Assembly (NCBI RefSeq): GCF_006345805.1
Contig: NC_043006.1
Coordinates: forward strand, 96,348,001-96,412,000
Origin: Octopus sinensis
Lineage: Eukaryota
Direction: 5' to 3'
Length of the DNA: 64,000 bases
Position 1 is the first letter of the stretch, and every line of letters begins with the position of its first letter. A model generated the notes under the pieces. It had not been told where the DNA came from and did not search any database. It saw nothing but the letters and a program-made list of their open reading frames with translations. The translations under genes were made by a program, and so were the position numbers. Below, one piece after another: positions 25,611 through 38,295 of this stretch.

Positions 25611-26948
25611 ATCGTTGTGATTTTCCTCGCGATATGTTGTAGTACCACCCTGTAGAGAGCCGTGCAATGCTCAGATTCTGCTTAACCTCTCTCTTGAACC
25701 TCGGATTTGAATAATTAACTCATGCATTTGTGCGTTCTGCTCTGATCATGTTACTCAAGACGAGGCAGGGTTCTTTCTAATTTTTCATTCTAGTCACGTA
25801 AAAATTCACTCTAGTGTTTGAAACACAAGAGACAACTACATTTCTCTAAAGCTTTTTTTAAGTTACGCGGATTTGCTGCCACTTGCTGAAGCTTTCACTA
25901 TTTTACAGTTTCTTCCATAGATATTGAAGTTTGGAGCCCTTTACTTTTTTGTACTGTTTTAAGTTAATGCTTGTCCTTGAAAATATCTGTTTGCTTAGAA
26001 ATTATGTTACATCGATTTTAATCTGGTCACACTCTTGAAACACTAAAGATTGTTTTTAAGTTATTGTACCATTGTGACGTATGTTTCTTCCTACAACCAG
26101 CTATTTACATTATTTACATTTGACGGATATTTGTCCTCATCTTGTTTATTGTTATTGGCTATTTTGAAATTCGAACAAAGTTTCAAAGGACACTATGATG
26201 GAAATATACATAGGCAAAAATTTTCAAGAGAGACATTTTTCTACCTGAAAAAAATATTGAAGGTTCAATTTCTCGAAGCGATTTCTTCTGTTGTCCAGAA
26301 TATAAAACGAAGAATACATCTTATTTTATTACGTAATACGTGAGAAATGACATTCTAAATTCTATAAATACTACATTCCACTGCAAACACGAAATAACCA
26401 CAACAATAATACGTATTATTATTGATCTTAAATTTCCAAGAAGGTGTCCTACAATTGGATTAATGGCGAATGTGGCAAAAACGCAAAATATTGAAAATAG
26501 TTATAAATTTAGTGCCAAAGGCAACCCTCTTAGAAATAGATGAAAATCCACCGCCTAATTAAAATCATGGCTCTTACTATTCCGATCCAGTTCCTTTCTG
26601 ATCGTCTTCTGTACATAGAGTCCTCAGAACTAGTCCAAGTTTTGAAGCCATCTCTTAAACAGCTCTTGTTTAATTGTCAATGGACTGAAGCTACTGTTTC
26701 CAAAAACCATTCATCTTCTAGGGTCCATTGGTGTTCCCCTTTTTCTCTCCTATTAGTACAATATTAGATTTACCCGCTTTTAGATCTTTTTCCACCAACT
26801 GCTTCGTTGATCCTATCTCATATCCTGCTGTCACTTCTTTTCGATTTCGCTTTGTCTTCAATCAAAAACAGATCTTTGCAGAAGGCCTACATATAGTATT
26901 TACTACCAAACGTGTACCACCTGGCCTTCTTCCCTCTCAGATTCAATA

Positions 26949-27277
26949 TTTCTTCCTCCGCTCTTTTCTTAGGTACAACCCAAAGATAGCCTTGTGATTA
27001 TCTGGGTTACCAGGAAATGGAGGTCCCCCACGCTCACCTCATGGCCGTGCTGTTGCACTAAGCTAAGCACAAACCCAAATCTAAAAGCCGTCCCAAAATA
27101 TTTAACAGTAATTCTTACATTCATAAAACATGTACTTCGATGCCAGACTATTAAAATATTTGTTATGCATCAGTTCCTAATTTCTCTTTGCTTGATCAGG
27201 TCTTGTTCTACGTCTTGACTCGGTTGAAAGAACACAAATTTTGCACCCTTCGGCCATGGCTCACACTCTTTCTCTTT

Positions 27278-27326
<49 letters not shown>

Positions 27327-27465
27327 TTCTTTTTCTTCTTCTCTCTATCCCTTTCTCTTTCTCCCTCATTCTCTCTCCTCCTCTGTTTCTCTCTCTCTCT
27401 CTCTCTTTTACTCTTCTTCCTCACTATCCCTCTCTTCCCCTCTTTATCTCTCTTTCTATCTCTTT
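26949..27465. repeat. Direct repeat, copy 2
   Basis: The two ORF-track pairs (MIIWVTRKW..., MLDQVLFY...) are almost identical. Confidence 0.9.
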
Positions 27466-28708
27466 CTTTCTCTCCCTCTCTCCATTATGTTTCTTCAAAC
27501 AGATATAAAGATCTTCCCAATATTTGAAATAGTTTTATGAAACACTTCATCTTTTCTGAACAAATTTCTTTCGGGCAAGAAAGCAATCATTCTCCACAAA
27601 CCTCATTTATTCGTTCTCCTGTTCTATGAAATGGCTTCTATCGAGTCGCCTTTTTGTCCACAACACTTGTAAAAAAATGGAATGCTTTTATTATTTATCT
27701 ATTGCTGTTGATGATGATGGTGGTGATGGTGTCATCTCAGTTCTTGCTATTTTAAACTTTTTTTCTTTAAAATATTGTTTTCAAAGTCATTCGTTTTGCG
27801 TTTTCCATTCTGCGAGTATAAATGCCTAAGCTTGAATCGCCGTCTGTTCCTTTAGTGTCTATATCGTCTTCTTCTAGCTTAAATCTATTTCCGTGTTTAA
27901 AAATAATACTGGGGCATATCTGTTCTCATTATTGCGCCTATTGCCGTCACCGTCACTGTGACGAACACCTTGTTCAGCCATTTTTGAGGCCATTTATTTT
28001 CAACCACGAATAACAAACAATACAAATGGCTATATGCCACAATATACATAAGCAGTTAAAAATATCTGGACAGACAGTTTTTTCTATCCCAAATAATCCG
28101 GTAGGTGGAACGTCTGGCAATCTGAAAACCTTCCGTTAATAAAACTGGAGCTAAAAATGCGATACCTTTCCGTTTGTCTTTTCTTTTTGTTATTTATTTC
28201 AATAATTTAATCCGGTTAAAAATTACTTTTTCGCAGAGCTCTGACATAAACGTCCGTTAACTTGAACATTCAATAACAACAACAACAACAGCAATAATCA
28301 TAATAACAACAAAAACAAGAGAAGGCGGAAGAAATATAATAAACAATATAAAGACTGTGGAAAATATATTAAGAGAGAATTAGAAAGCTAATATTTCGTC
28401 CAGTATTTCTTACAATATCTATCAAGTTATGGAAACCGTTTAATCCTTAGTTCTAAAGCTATTATTACAATAATCCCATTTTGATGAATTATATGAAGAC
28501 ATTTACAAAATCCTTCCTCTCACAGATAGCCCTTGACGTCATCATTCACACACAAAAACAAACACTCACATACACACACACACATACACATACATATATG
28601 TATGTGTGCGCGCGCATGTATATATGCATATATATTTCTAAATATATGTGTGTGTATCTGTATCTATATCTATCTATATCATACAAATACGTGCACACGT
28701 ACACTCAG

Positions 28709-28748
<40 letters not shown>

Positions 28749-28918
28749 CACACACATACATGTGTGTGTGCGCGCGCATGTATATATGCATATATATTTC
28801 TATATATATGTGTGTGCATATGTATCTATATCTATCTATATCATACAAATACGTGCACACGTACACACAGACACCGACACACACACACATGCATAAATAC
28901 ATACTTACATACATACGC

Positions 28919-28967
<49 letters not shown>

Positions 28968-29604
28968 CACGTGTGTGTGAGAGAGAGAGAGAGGGAGAGC
29001 CATAACTTACTATGAAGAATGTGATACTAGTTTATAACGTAATATTTGATATTTGTTCATAACAACGGAGAGAGAATTATCTGTTGCAGAAATGTCCCGG
29101 TTTCGTTTCCAGAACGTTATCGAAAGATTTCGAAAATAGTTGATATACGAAAGCGAATAAGTTCTCGTAGCTAGCTGAAATATTCATCGTTTAGCAAGTA
29201 AATATTTATATATAAACACGCTTGAGTTAGCTAGAGACAACTGATGAACTGGGGGGTTTTCCTTGTGTGGTTTGTCCTGTAGCTTGTTTTTCTGTTGTAA
29301 AAAATATCGTTTTTCCCGTTTCCGTTTCGTCTCTGTTTTTTTGTTGTAAAAATATGGCTTGTCCGTTTTCGTTTTTCGTTGAGTTCTACGTCTAGTTGCA
29401 GTGTCGTGTACTCACGTATATATATTTATATATGCATGTATATATACATGTAGATGTAGGTACGTACATATATATTTGTATGCATATATTTTATTTCTTA
29501 CATTATTGTCTGACGTCGCGTTCGTGTCAGGGTCGATTCGATTCGTCGTTTCGATCCACTTACCTTCCTCCCAGTTTTGTTATATATATATATATATATA
29601 TGTA

Positions 29605-29704
29605 NNNNNNNNNNNNNNNNNNNNNNNNNNNNNNNNNNNNNNNNNNNNNNNNNNNNNNNNNNNNNNNNNNNNNNNNNNNNNNNNNNNNNNNNNNNNNNNN
29701 NNNN
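29605..29704. other. Assembly gap (100 N) inside an (AT)n tract
   Basis: Run of N. Confidence 1.
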
Positions 29705-29937
29705 ATATATAATATATATATATATATATATAATATATATATATATATACATCAATAAATAATAATAAATAATTAATAATAATATAATAATAATAATATG
29801 ACAACAAAAGCATGAATAAGACCTCGATATTATGTAAAATAGAGGGAGTTATCTATAATATGATATGTGACAATTACTGGGGCTGAGGCTGCTCGGCATC
29901 TCATCAGTTATTAAGACCAAATGCAAGCGTTTTGTCT

Positions 29938-29998
29938 TAATAACTGATGAGATGCCGGAGCAGACTTCAGCCCCGGTATCCGAAACTGAGTTTTATTA
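29938..29998 (+). ncRNA. Type I hammerhead ribozyme, canonical core
   Basis: Stem I UAAUAA/UUAUUA, CUGAUGA 29944-29950, stem II GAUGCCGG/CCGGUAUC plus one extra C, GAAA 29982-29985, ACUGAGU stem III, GUU site. Confidence 0.72.
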
Positions 29999-30044
29999 TG
30001 ACAACCAACTAATATCGTATCTATATATATATTATATATGTATG

Positions 30045-30143
<99 letters not shown>

Positions 30144-31299
30144 GGAAAAGCTTGCCATACATTCGTTAACTCCGATGTTATATATTTGTACTTATTCCTA
30201 TGATCCCCATAATTTCCATGCACTGCCATTCAATCCTGGGCGATTTATATGAAACATAACATTTTCAACAGACCAAAGCAGATTTATGTATTCAGGGCTT
30301 AGCTTTCCATACAGCTGTATCTGCAATTTCTGTCTCGTTATTTTATGGAGATGGGATTTCAGCAAATACTTGCAACTCACTCGTAACGTATTTGGTATTT
30401 TTTCTGAATACGATAAGCGATTTCACCTGTGTATTATGAATTACGACATATATATATATGACATGTGGGAGCCATTTTGAATTTCCTAATTATTATTAGG
30501 AAATTTTCTATTCGATCCATTGAGGAATCACATTGCTGTGTTATGTCTCATGGTTTCAATTAAATCCCACAGATATCACATTCGGTCCACTTTTGACAGG
30601 TCATTTGGCATTTATCACCGCCAAATTATATTTACCTAATACATTTAAATTAACCAACTTTACAGTTGACCAAAACTCTTATGGTGTTTCAAGTTTGATC
30701 CTTATCGCCATGTTATAAACATGTCGTCCAACGGAGAGGATGAGATTCGGCTCAATCTTTCACACCAAAAAAATTAAGGAGGAGGAGAAGAAAGAGAAAA
30801 ACAGGAACAAAGGAATTAAGGAGGGGGAGAACAGAAAGAGAGAGCGAGAAACCCCTCCTTAATTCCTTTGTTCCTCCTTTCCTCTCGATTCTCTTTTCAC
30901 GTGACCGCTGGCTGACTACTGGCCTTTTGGTGTCTGGCAGCGGTCGCGATAACACGAACATTTTTTCTCTGCCGTAAGGCTCAATTCCTAACACGCCAGC
31001 TGAATTCAATTCGGCTCCAGTCGAAAGATGCCTGTTGTAATGTCTTGTTATTATTATTATTATACTTTTCGTACTATTTTTGTATTTATATTCGTGTAAC
31101 ATCGTCCGTTTTCCGTCCTTGTTTCGTATACATTCGAAGCTTTTCTCCAAGGAACCTAATGCTCTTAGCTTAGGTTTTCCTTGGGGCTGGCTAGATTGGA
31201 GCAATCTCAAAATTAATCAGCCGAAATTGCGAGGATGATCCGGTTCTTGACTGTTTTTTGAATCGACTTCTGGATGCTTTGCGTTCTTGTCCCATTTTG

Positions 31300-31334
<35 letters not shown>

Positions 31335-31559
31335 CGACGTACGTACACTTTGTTCTCTTATATGTCAGTACACATTTCACTATATATATATATATACACA
31401 CACATATATATACATGTATGTATGTATGTATTAAACCAAAGACTAGAATTTCTAATATTATCCTTAACTTTGCAGTTAGAAATGTTTCAATACAACATGA
31501 TGGGGAATCCATTCTATGATCATAAATATTATTACGAACATAATGAATCCATAATATTA

Positions 31560-31731
31560 AATAGACAGACAGGTAGGCAAGCTGGCAGGCCGACAGACAG
31601 ACAGACAGACAGACAGACAGATAGATAGATACATACATACATACATACATACATACATACATACATACATACATACCATACATACATACATACATACATA
31701 GATAGGTAGGTAGGTAGGTAGGTAGGTAGAT

Positions 31732-31814
<83 letters not shown>

Positions 31815-31870
31815 TTCAGACAGGTAGGCAGGCAGGCAGTCAGACAGACAGATAGATGGATAGATAGATA
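31560..31870. repeat. Compound tetranucleotide tract (GACA/GATA/CATA/GGTA)n
   Basis: Direct reading. Confidence 0.95.
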
Positions 31871-32047
31871 GACAAACATTTTTTACGTTTTCTTGCACAT
31901 TTCTTCAGACTAAGTCTCATAACATTACTTTTTATAGACTTGGTCTGTAGATAAGAAATCTGCAGATATATAATTGATGGCTGGTATTCGCAGAGGTGCT
32001 TCCTGAGGTTACAGCTCATTTGCTCGGTTTTTAATGTGTGTGTGTTT

Positions 32048-32090
<43 letters not shown>

Positions 32091-32254
32091 ACGTAGTTAA
32101 GAGTTAGCATGTAGCGTCGTGAAGTGTAAATATTTCCGCGTGGAAATTTCGGGGGTGGGGGGGTGAACAGGGAAGATCGATTTATTTTTCCATATGACTT
32201 CCAAATGATTACAACCGTTCCGTCACCTTCACCATATAGAATCGTAATTTTCGG

Positions 32255-32845
32255 TATGGTCATCAGTCTTAACATTCTGAGTTCAAATTCCGCCGAAGTC
32301 GACTTTGCCATTCATCCTTTCGGGGTCGATAAATTAAGCACCAGTTGCGTACTGGCGTCGTTCTAATCGAGTCGCCCCCTCCCAAAAATTCCGAGCCTTT
32401 TGCCTAGAGTAGAAAAGAATGTGTAGTCCCAGCATTGTATAATACAATTTTATATTCATAAACTGGTGGTAAAAAAAAACTGGTGCAAATAAAAACCACC
32501 AAAACTTAGCAACTACAATTCAACTCGTGTGAGGGGACTAGTCGATTGCATTGACTGCAACTGGCACTTAATTCTTCGACTCGGAAATGATGAGAGGCAA
32601 AGTCGACCTCGGATGAATTTGAACTCAGAACGTAGCGACGAGCGAAATACCCGTTAAGCATTTCGTCCAGCGTGCTAACGATTCTGCCAGCTCGCCGCCC
32701 TTTACTCAACTCTTTCTACTTTAGGTACAAGGCCTGAAATTTGGGAAGAGGGGGTAAGTCGATCACATGGACCCCAATACTTCACTGGTACTTAATTTAT
32801 CGACCCTGAAACGATGAAAGCAAAGCCGACCTCGGCGGAATTATT
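32255..32845. mobile_element. Cluster of SINE family B fragments in both orientations
   Basis: + copy about 32255-32420; minus copies about 32530-32700 and 32705-32845. Confidence 0.7.
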
Positions 32846-34442
32846 CAACTCTAAGTAATACACACAAAATTCACTCTAAATATTTACAATGTACGACAGG
32901 GCATAAGGGTAGAAAATTAATGTAATTTGGTCAGTAAAAGAAGAACAAGAGTGGAAAGTATCGTGGAATTATTTTTTACAGAAGAACTTCCCCTAAGAAC
33001 GCATTCAAATCAATTGAGTCAAAGAACTCGAAAGAAATTAAAAGAATTTACATTATTTTTATTCATTATTCCACTGACTAAAGATTGATGAGCGACACCA
33101 AAGGAAAAATTAAATATGGATATTGGAAACCTCTTCCATAGTATTCCATAATTTTCATATTACCTACCTTGTATTAACTCTCCACTAGGGCGCACCACAT
33201 ATTTGAAATTGTGTTTTAATAAGACTGAAAGACGGCGTGAAAATTAGTCTCATAAACGGGAACGGAACCGGAAGAAAGTTTAAGATACATAAAATATTGT
33301 CACCTAAGTAAAGTTAAAACACATTACCATGTGCGTAAAAGCAGTCTATTTTGAGGTGAGGGATTTTTAGTAGGTAATACTTTATTTTACCGACCTCGAA
33401 AGAATGAAAAGTATTTTGACATCGATGAGATTTGAACTCTGATCATAAAAGCCCGGAACAAATACTGTATGTAATTTTGTCCGATGCTTTAACGATTCTG
33501 CTAAGCTAATAATAACTCTAAGCCAAATCTAATGAGAAGATGTGTAAGGGGTCGCTTATCATGCTAGAGATAGCAGCACAATCTCCATCGATTTGTACCT
33601 ACTGTACTAAGAAAAGACTTTATATAGCTGTGTTGTTAATCTCACTTTGCAGCCACAAGGCTTCGGGTTCAATCTCACCGCGCGGCACCTTGAGAGAGTG
33701 TCTTTACTATATCCCTGAGCCGACCAAAGCTTTATGAGTGGATATGATAGAGGGAGACTGTGTGGAAGCTCGTCACAGAAACGTGTGTCCATTTGTGTGT
33801 GTGTGTGTGCGCGCGCGCGCGTTTGTATTTGCTTTTCAAAGCGTGGTTGGTTTGTTTATGTCCTGTAACTTAATGTTTCGGCAAATGGGACAGCAAGGTG
33901 GTGCCCCTGCATGGCCGTAGTCCAATGCCTTGAAACAAGTAAAAGGTTAAGAAAAAGATTTGGATATTTTAGTCACTAATATATAACAAGCCATGAGGGT
34001 CGTGACTGGAAAGCCTTTTGATCATAGGTTTACTCGACTGATTCCAGCCTAGGGCTAAATAACCATTTCTGGGTATATTTCATCGTCACAAATTCCTAAT
34101 CAGACAATTGGAAAATGGGTTTATGGCTGTAACTAATTACGTTATGTCATCGAAGCGGCAGGGTTAAGATGAACCGAGATGAACCTATCAGTCATGAGGG
34201 GAGCACAAAGGTTCACATGCAGATACATGGCACAGACACACACACATGACAAACAGATACACACAGACACACATACATACACGCCTACACACATACACAT
34301 ACACAGACACAATTACATACACACACAAACAAACATTCACACGTACATACGCACGCATACACGCAAATAGACATGCAGCCAGGTAGGGGGATAGACAGAC
34401 ACAGTCTGAGAGAGAGAGAGAGAGAGGACACATACAGAAGAT

Positions 34443-34526
<84 letters not shown>

Positions 34527-34528
<2 letters not shown>

Positions 34529-34750
34529 TTCCTACCCACAAGGGGCTAAACACAGAGGGGACAAACAAGGACAGACAGACGGATTAAGTCGATTACATCG
34601 ACCCCAGTGCGTAACTGGTACTTAATTTCCTGACCCCGAAAGGATGAAAGGCAAAGTCGACCTCGGCGGAATTTGAACTCGGAACGTAACGACAGACGAA
34701 ATACAGCTACGCATTTTGCCCGGCGTGCTAACGTTTCTGCCAGCTCGCCA
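34527..34750 (-). mobile_element. SINE family B copy inserted in (GATA)n
   Basis: Full head-to-tail match; (GATA)n on both sides. Confidence 0.85.
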
Positions 34751-34797
34751 GATAGATAGGTAGGTAGGTAGGTAAATAGGTAGACAGACAGACAGAC

Positions 34798-34876
<79 letters not shown>

Positions 34877-35741
34877 CAGAAAGACAGATAGACAGACAGA
34901 TACCCCCTACATATACACTTCGCTCCCTTACATTTCCTGTCATCTAATCTTTTCATCAATTTGCCAAATAGGTCTGCATAGGTTACCTCCCTTGCTATGC
35001 AAAAAGGACCAAGAAATCGAGAATTTCATAACCATTAACTGTCATATGCGGCCTCTTTGGCTTCATGCATGGCACATTGTTCATGACGAACCATATCCTT
35101 TGTGGCCCCTGGGAGAAAACTTTTATCTGAATTAGATAAATATCAAAATCAATATTCTGCTTTCTGTTTTCTTTATTAATTCTCTGTGGCACACGGAAAC
35201 ATACTGCGCTCCACTCTTAAAAATAGTTAATGCGGTAATGTTGTAATATCGTCAGCACATCGGAAGAAATACTTAGCGGCTTCCGAAGCTTCATGTACTG
35301 GGTTCAAACTCTACCGTGCCTAACTTTATTGTTCATCCTTTCGATGTCGAAAAAATAAAGTACCAGTGGTGTACTGGAATGGATGTAATCGTTTTGTCCC
35401 CCTCTCTCCCCTTAAAAATTTCCGCTCTTGAACTGCACAACGGACGGGTCTTGAACCAGAGAACGGACCGGTGTCCCGTTCCGGGGTATCATTGTGATCT
35501 CAATCACTTAAAGTCCACGGAAACCGGGTAACCAGTTTTACGAAGCCAAGGGTTGAAGAAAAAAGTAAAGATAAAGAAACATTCATTTATGCAGGGATGG
35601 TTGGGTGGTAAGAAGCTACCTTCACAACCACATGATTCCGGGTTCAGTCCCACTGCGTGGAACTTTGAGCAAGTGTCTTACTCTATAGCCTCGGTCCGAC
35701 CAAAAACTTGTGAGAGGATTTGATAGGCGGAAACGGAAAAG

Positions 35742-36320
35742 GCGGTGAGCTGGCGGAAACGTTAGCACGCCGGGCGAAATGCGTAGCCGTAATTCGTCTG
35801 CCATTAGGTTCTGAGTTCAAATTCCGCCGAGGTCGACTTTGCCTTTCATAATTTCGGGGTCGATAAATTAAGTACCAGTTACGCACTGGGGTCGATACAA
35901 TCGACCTAATCCGTCTGTCTGTCCTTGTTTGTTCCCTCTGTGTTTAGCCACTTGTGGGTAGTAAAGAAATAGGTATTTCCTCTGCCGTTACGTTCTGAGT
36001 TCAAATTCCGCCGAGGTCAACTTTGCCTTTCGTCCATTCGGGGTCGATTAAATAAGTACCAGTTAGGCACTGGGGTCGATATAATCGACTTAATCCGTTT
36101 GTCTGTCCTTATTTGTCCTCTCTGTGTTTAGCCCCTTGTGGATAGTAAAGGTATTTCGTCTGTCTTTACGTTCTGAGTTCAAATTCCGCCGAGGTTGACT
36201 TTGCCTTTCATCCTTTCGGGAATCGATAAATTAAGTACCAGTTGCGTACTGGAGTCGAACTAATCGACTGGCCCCCCACTCCCCAGAAATGTTGGGCCTA
36301 GAGCCTAGAGTAGAAAAGGA
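35742..36320 (+). mobile_element. Head-to-tail triplet of SINE family B (one head, three bodies)
   Basis: Units 2 and 3 restart at GTATTTC(C/G)TCTG directly after the tail of the previous unit. Confidence 0.85.
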
Positions 36321-36522
36321 ACCTGAAAAAAGCCCATCGTTTTGTGTGGCGAGCGGTGGATAAGTGTGTGTGTGGGTGTGCGTGTGCACTTGTGTGTTTT
36401 TCCCCCTCTATCGCTTGACAACCGGTGATGGTGTGTTTACATCGGCAAAAATGCCCATATAATAATTAAAAGCTCTTGAAGGCGGTGCTCCAGCATGGCC
36501 GCAGTCAAATGACTGAAACAAA

Positions 36523-36915
36523 TCTTTATATATAAAAGTCAAGTTGTGTGTCTGTCTCCTACGATTTAGATTCCTAACTACTCCAACATTTTGCGGTGCA
36601 GTGTAACCAAAAGCGGGTATCTTATAGTCGTGATTCATACCTTCTGGGTATTAGCGCGCGTCTACGATGAGTCTACGATTTTTAAAATAATTTACCATCA
36701 TTTTTTCCATTTTAATGCATTTCTTTCGCTATTATATAAGGGAAGTAACTCTCTAAAAATGTCTACGATGAGTCAACGATTTTTAAAAAAAAATTACCAT
36801 AATTTTTTTTCCATTTTTAATGCATTTGTTTGCTATTTTTTGGCTATAACTCTCTAAAAATGCTTATATAGTTATCTCCCTTACAAACCCGAGTAACGCC
36901 GGGCGATACTGCTAG
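36523..36915 (+). mobile_element. Non-autonomous Helitron, family H1, inserted in a SINE A tail
   Basis: A|TCTTTATATATAAAAG 5' end, CCCGAGTAACGCCGGG hairpin, CTAG|T 3' end, no TSD; internal duplication of about 100 bp. Confidence 0.88.
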
Positions 36916-37682
36916 TAAAAAATAAAAGAAAGGATAATGTAAATAATGTAAATGACGCGTAACATTTCTCCCGGCGTGCTAACGCTTCCGCCAGTTTGGC
37001 GCCAAATCGACGACAGTCGCCGGAAGCAGAGTATCATAAATGCAGGAGAGAAATTTGCTTAGGGATAGCAAACCCAGGATGTTCGAAGCGTTTTTATCGC
37101 CCCATAAACATTTTAGGGGTGCACTTACACCCACTGCATCACCTGTTCTCTAGACTATACAAAATATACAGTATTTTAGGGTCCATAAATTTGTACGATG
37201 AACGTTTGACGACAAAACCGTGATTATAAGTGGCGTTTCATAGTGTGTGTGCGTGCGTGCATTTGTGTGTGTGTACGTGTGCATATGTGTACGTGTGTGT
37301 ATGTGTATGTGTGTATGCTCGTACTCGCGTGCCATATGCGTTGTCTAGAGAAAGAAAGGGAAACCATCATTTATGTCCCTTCGTTATCCTAATTTATGCA
37401 ATGAGCATGCGGAGTTATTTCCCTTACGTTAATGGCCGAGCTGTTAGAGCGTTTCATTCACGATCGGGAGATTGTGGGTTCTATTCCTGGACCGAGGGAT
37501 GCGTTATGCCTATGGCCGGTTCAGGGGTCGACTAGAGGCAGTCATCGAGATCAAAGGTGTGTTCGTCGAGAAAGATCGTCAGAGAAAGTCATGAAGACAA
37601 ACGGACACAAATTTGACGAATGTATCTCAAAAAATAAATGCACACACACACATGTATGTATGTATGTATGTATGTATGCGTA

Positions 37683-37730
37683 CAGGGTGCGGCCGGTATT
37701 CGTTTGCATAATGAAACAGTCCGCACCCAG
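37683..37730. mobile_element. 48-bp mini-MITE related to the DD37D element
   Basis: TA-CAGGGTGCGG...CCGCACCCAG-TA; internal ATGAAACAGT also occurs near the left end of 9001-9886. Confidence 0.55.
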
Positions 37731-38295
37731 TACATATACATGCATAAACACACACACACATACATACATACATACATACATACATACATACATACATACA
37801 TACATACATACATACATACATACATACATACATACGTACGTACGTACATACATACATACATACATATATACATACATACATATGAACATACATATATCCA
37901 TACATACATGCTTACATACATACAGACAGGCAGACATACAAACATACACACATACAGACATACACACATACAGACATACATACATACACGCATACATATA
38001 TACATACATGCATACATACATATATACATACATACATACAGACAAACAAACATACAAACATACACACATATAGGCAGATATATCTACATACACACATATA
38101 TACGCATGCATACATGCATACACACATACTGATATACAGACATACATATATACATGTATACATACATGCATATAACGATACATACGTACATGCATACATG
38201 CATACATGCATACCTGCATAAATACATACACACAAGCATACACACATACAAACATGCAGATATACATATATACATACATGCATACATGCATACAC

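Noticed and set aside
25104-27465. LTR retrotransposon with two LTRs
   Set aside because: No TG...CA ends, PBS, PPT, TSD or gag/pol remnants identified
29240-29300. CTGATGA at about 29244
   Set aside because: No matching GAAA or stems found downstream or upstream
31175-31240. GGCTG...CAGCC-GAAA stem (related piece at about 50538)
   Set aside because: No CUGANGA upstream and no UH site; PLE-like but not supportable as a ribozyme
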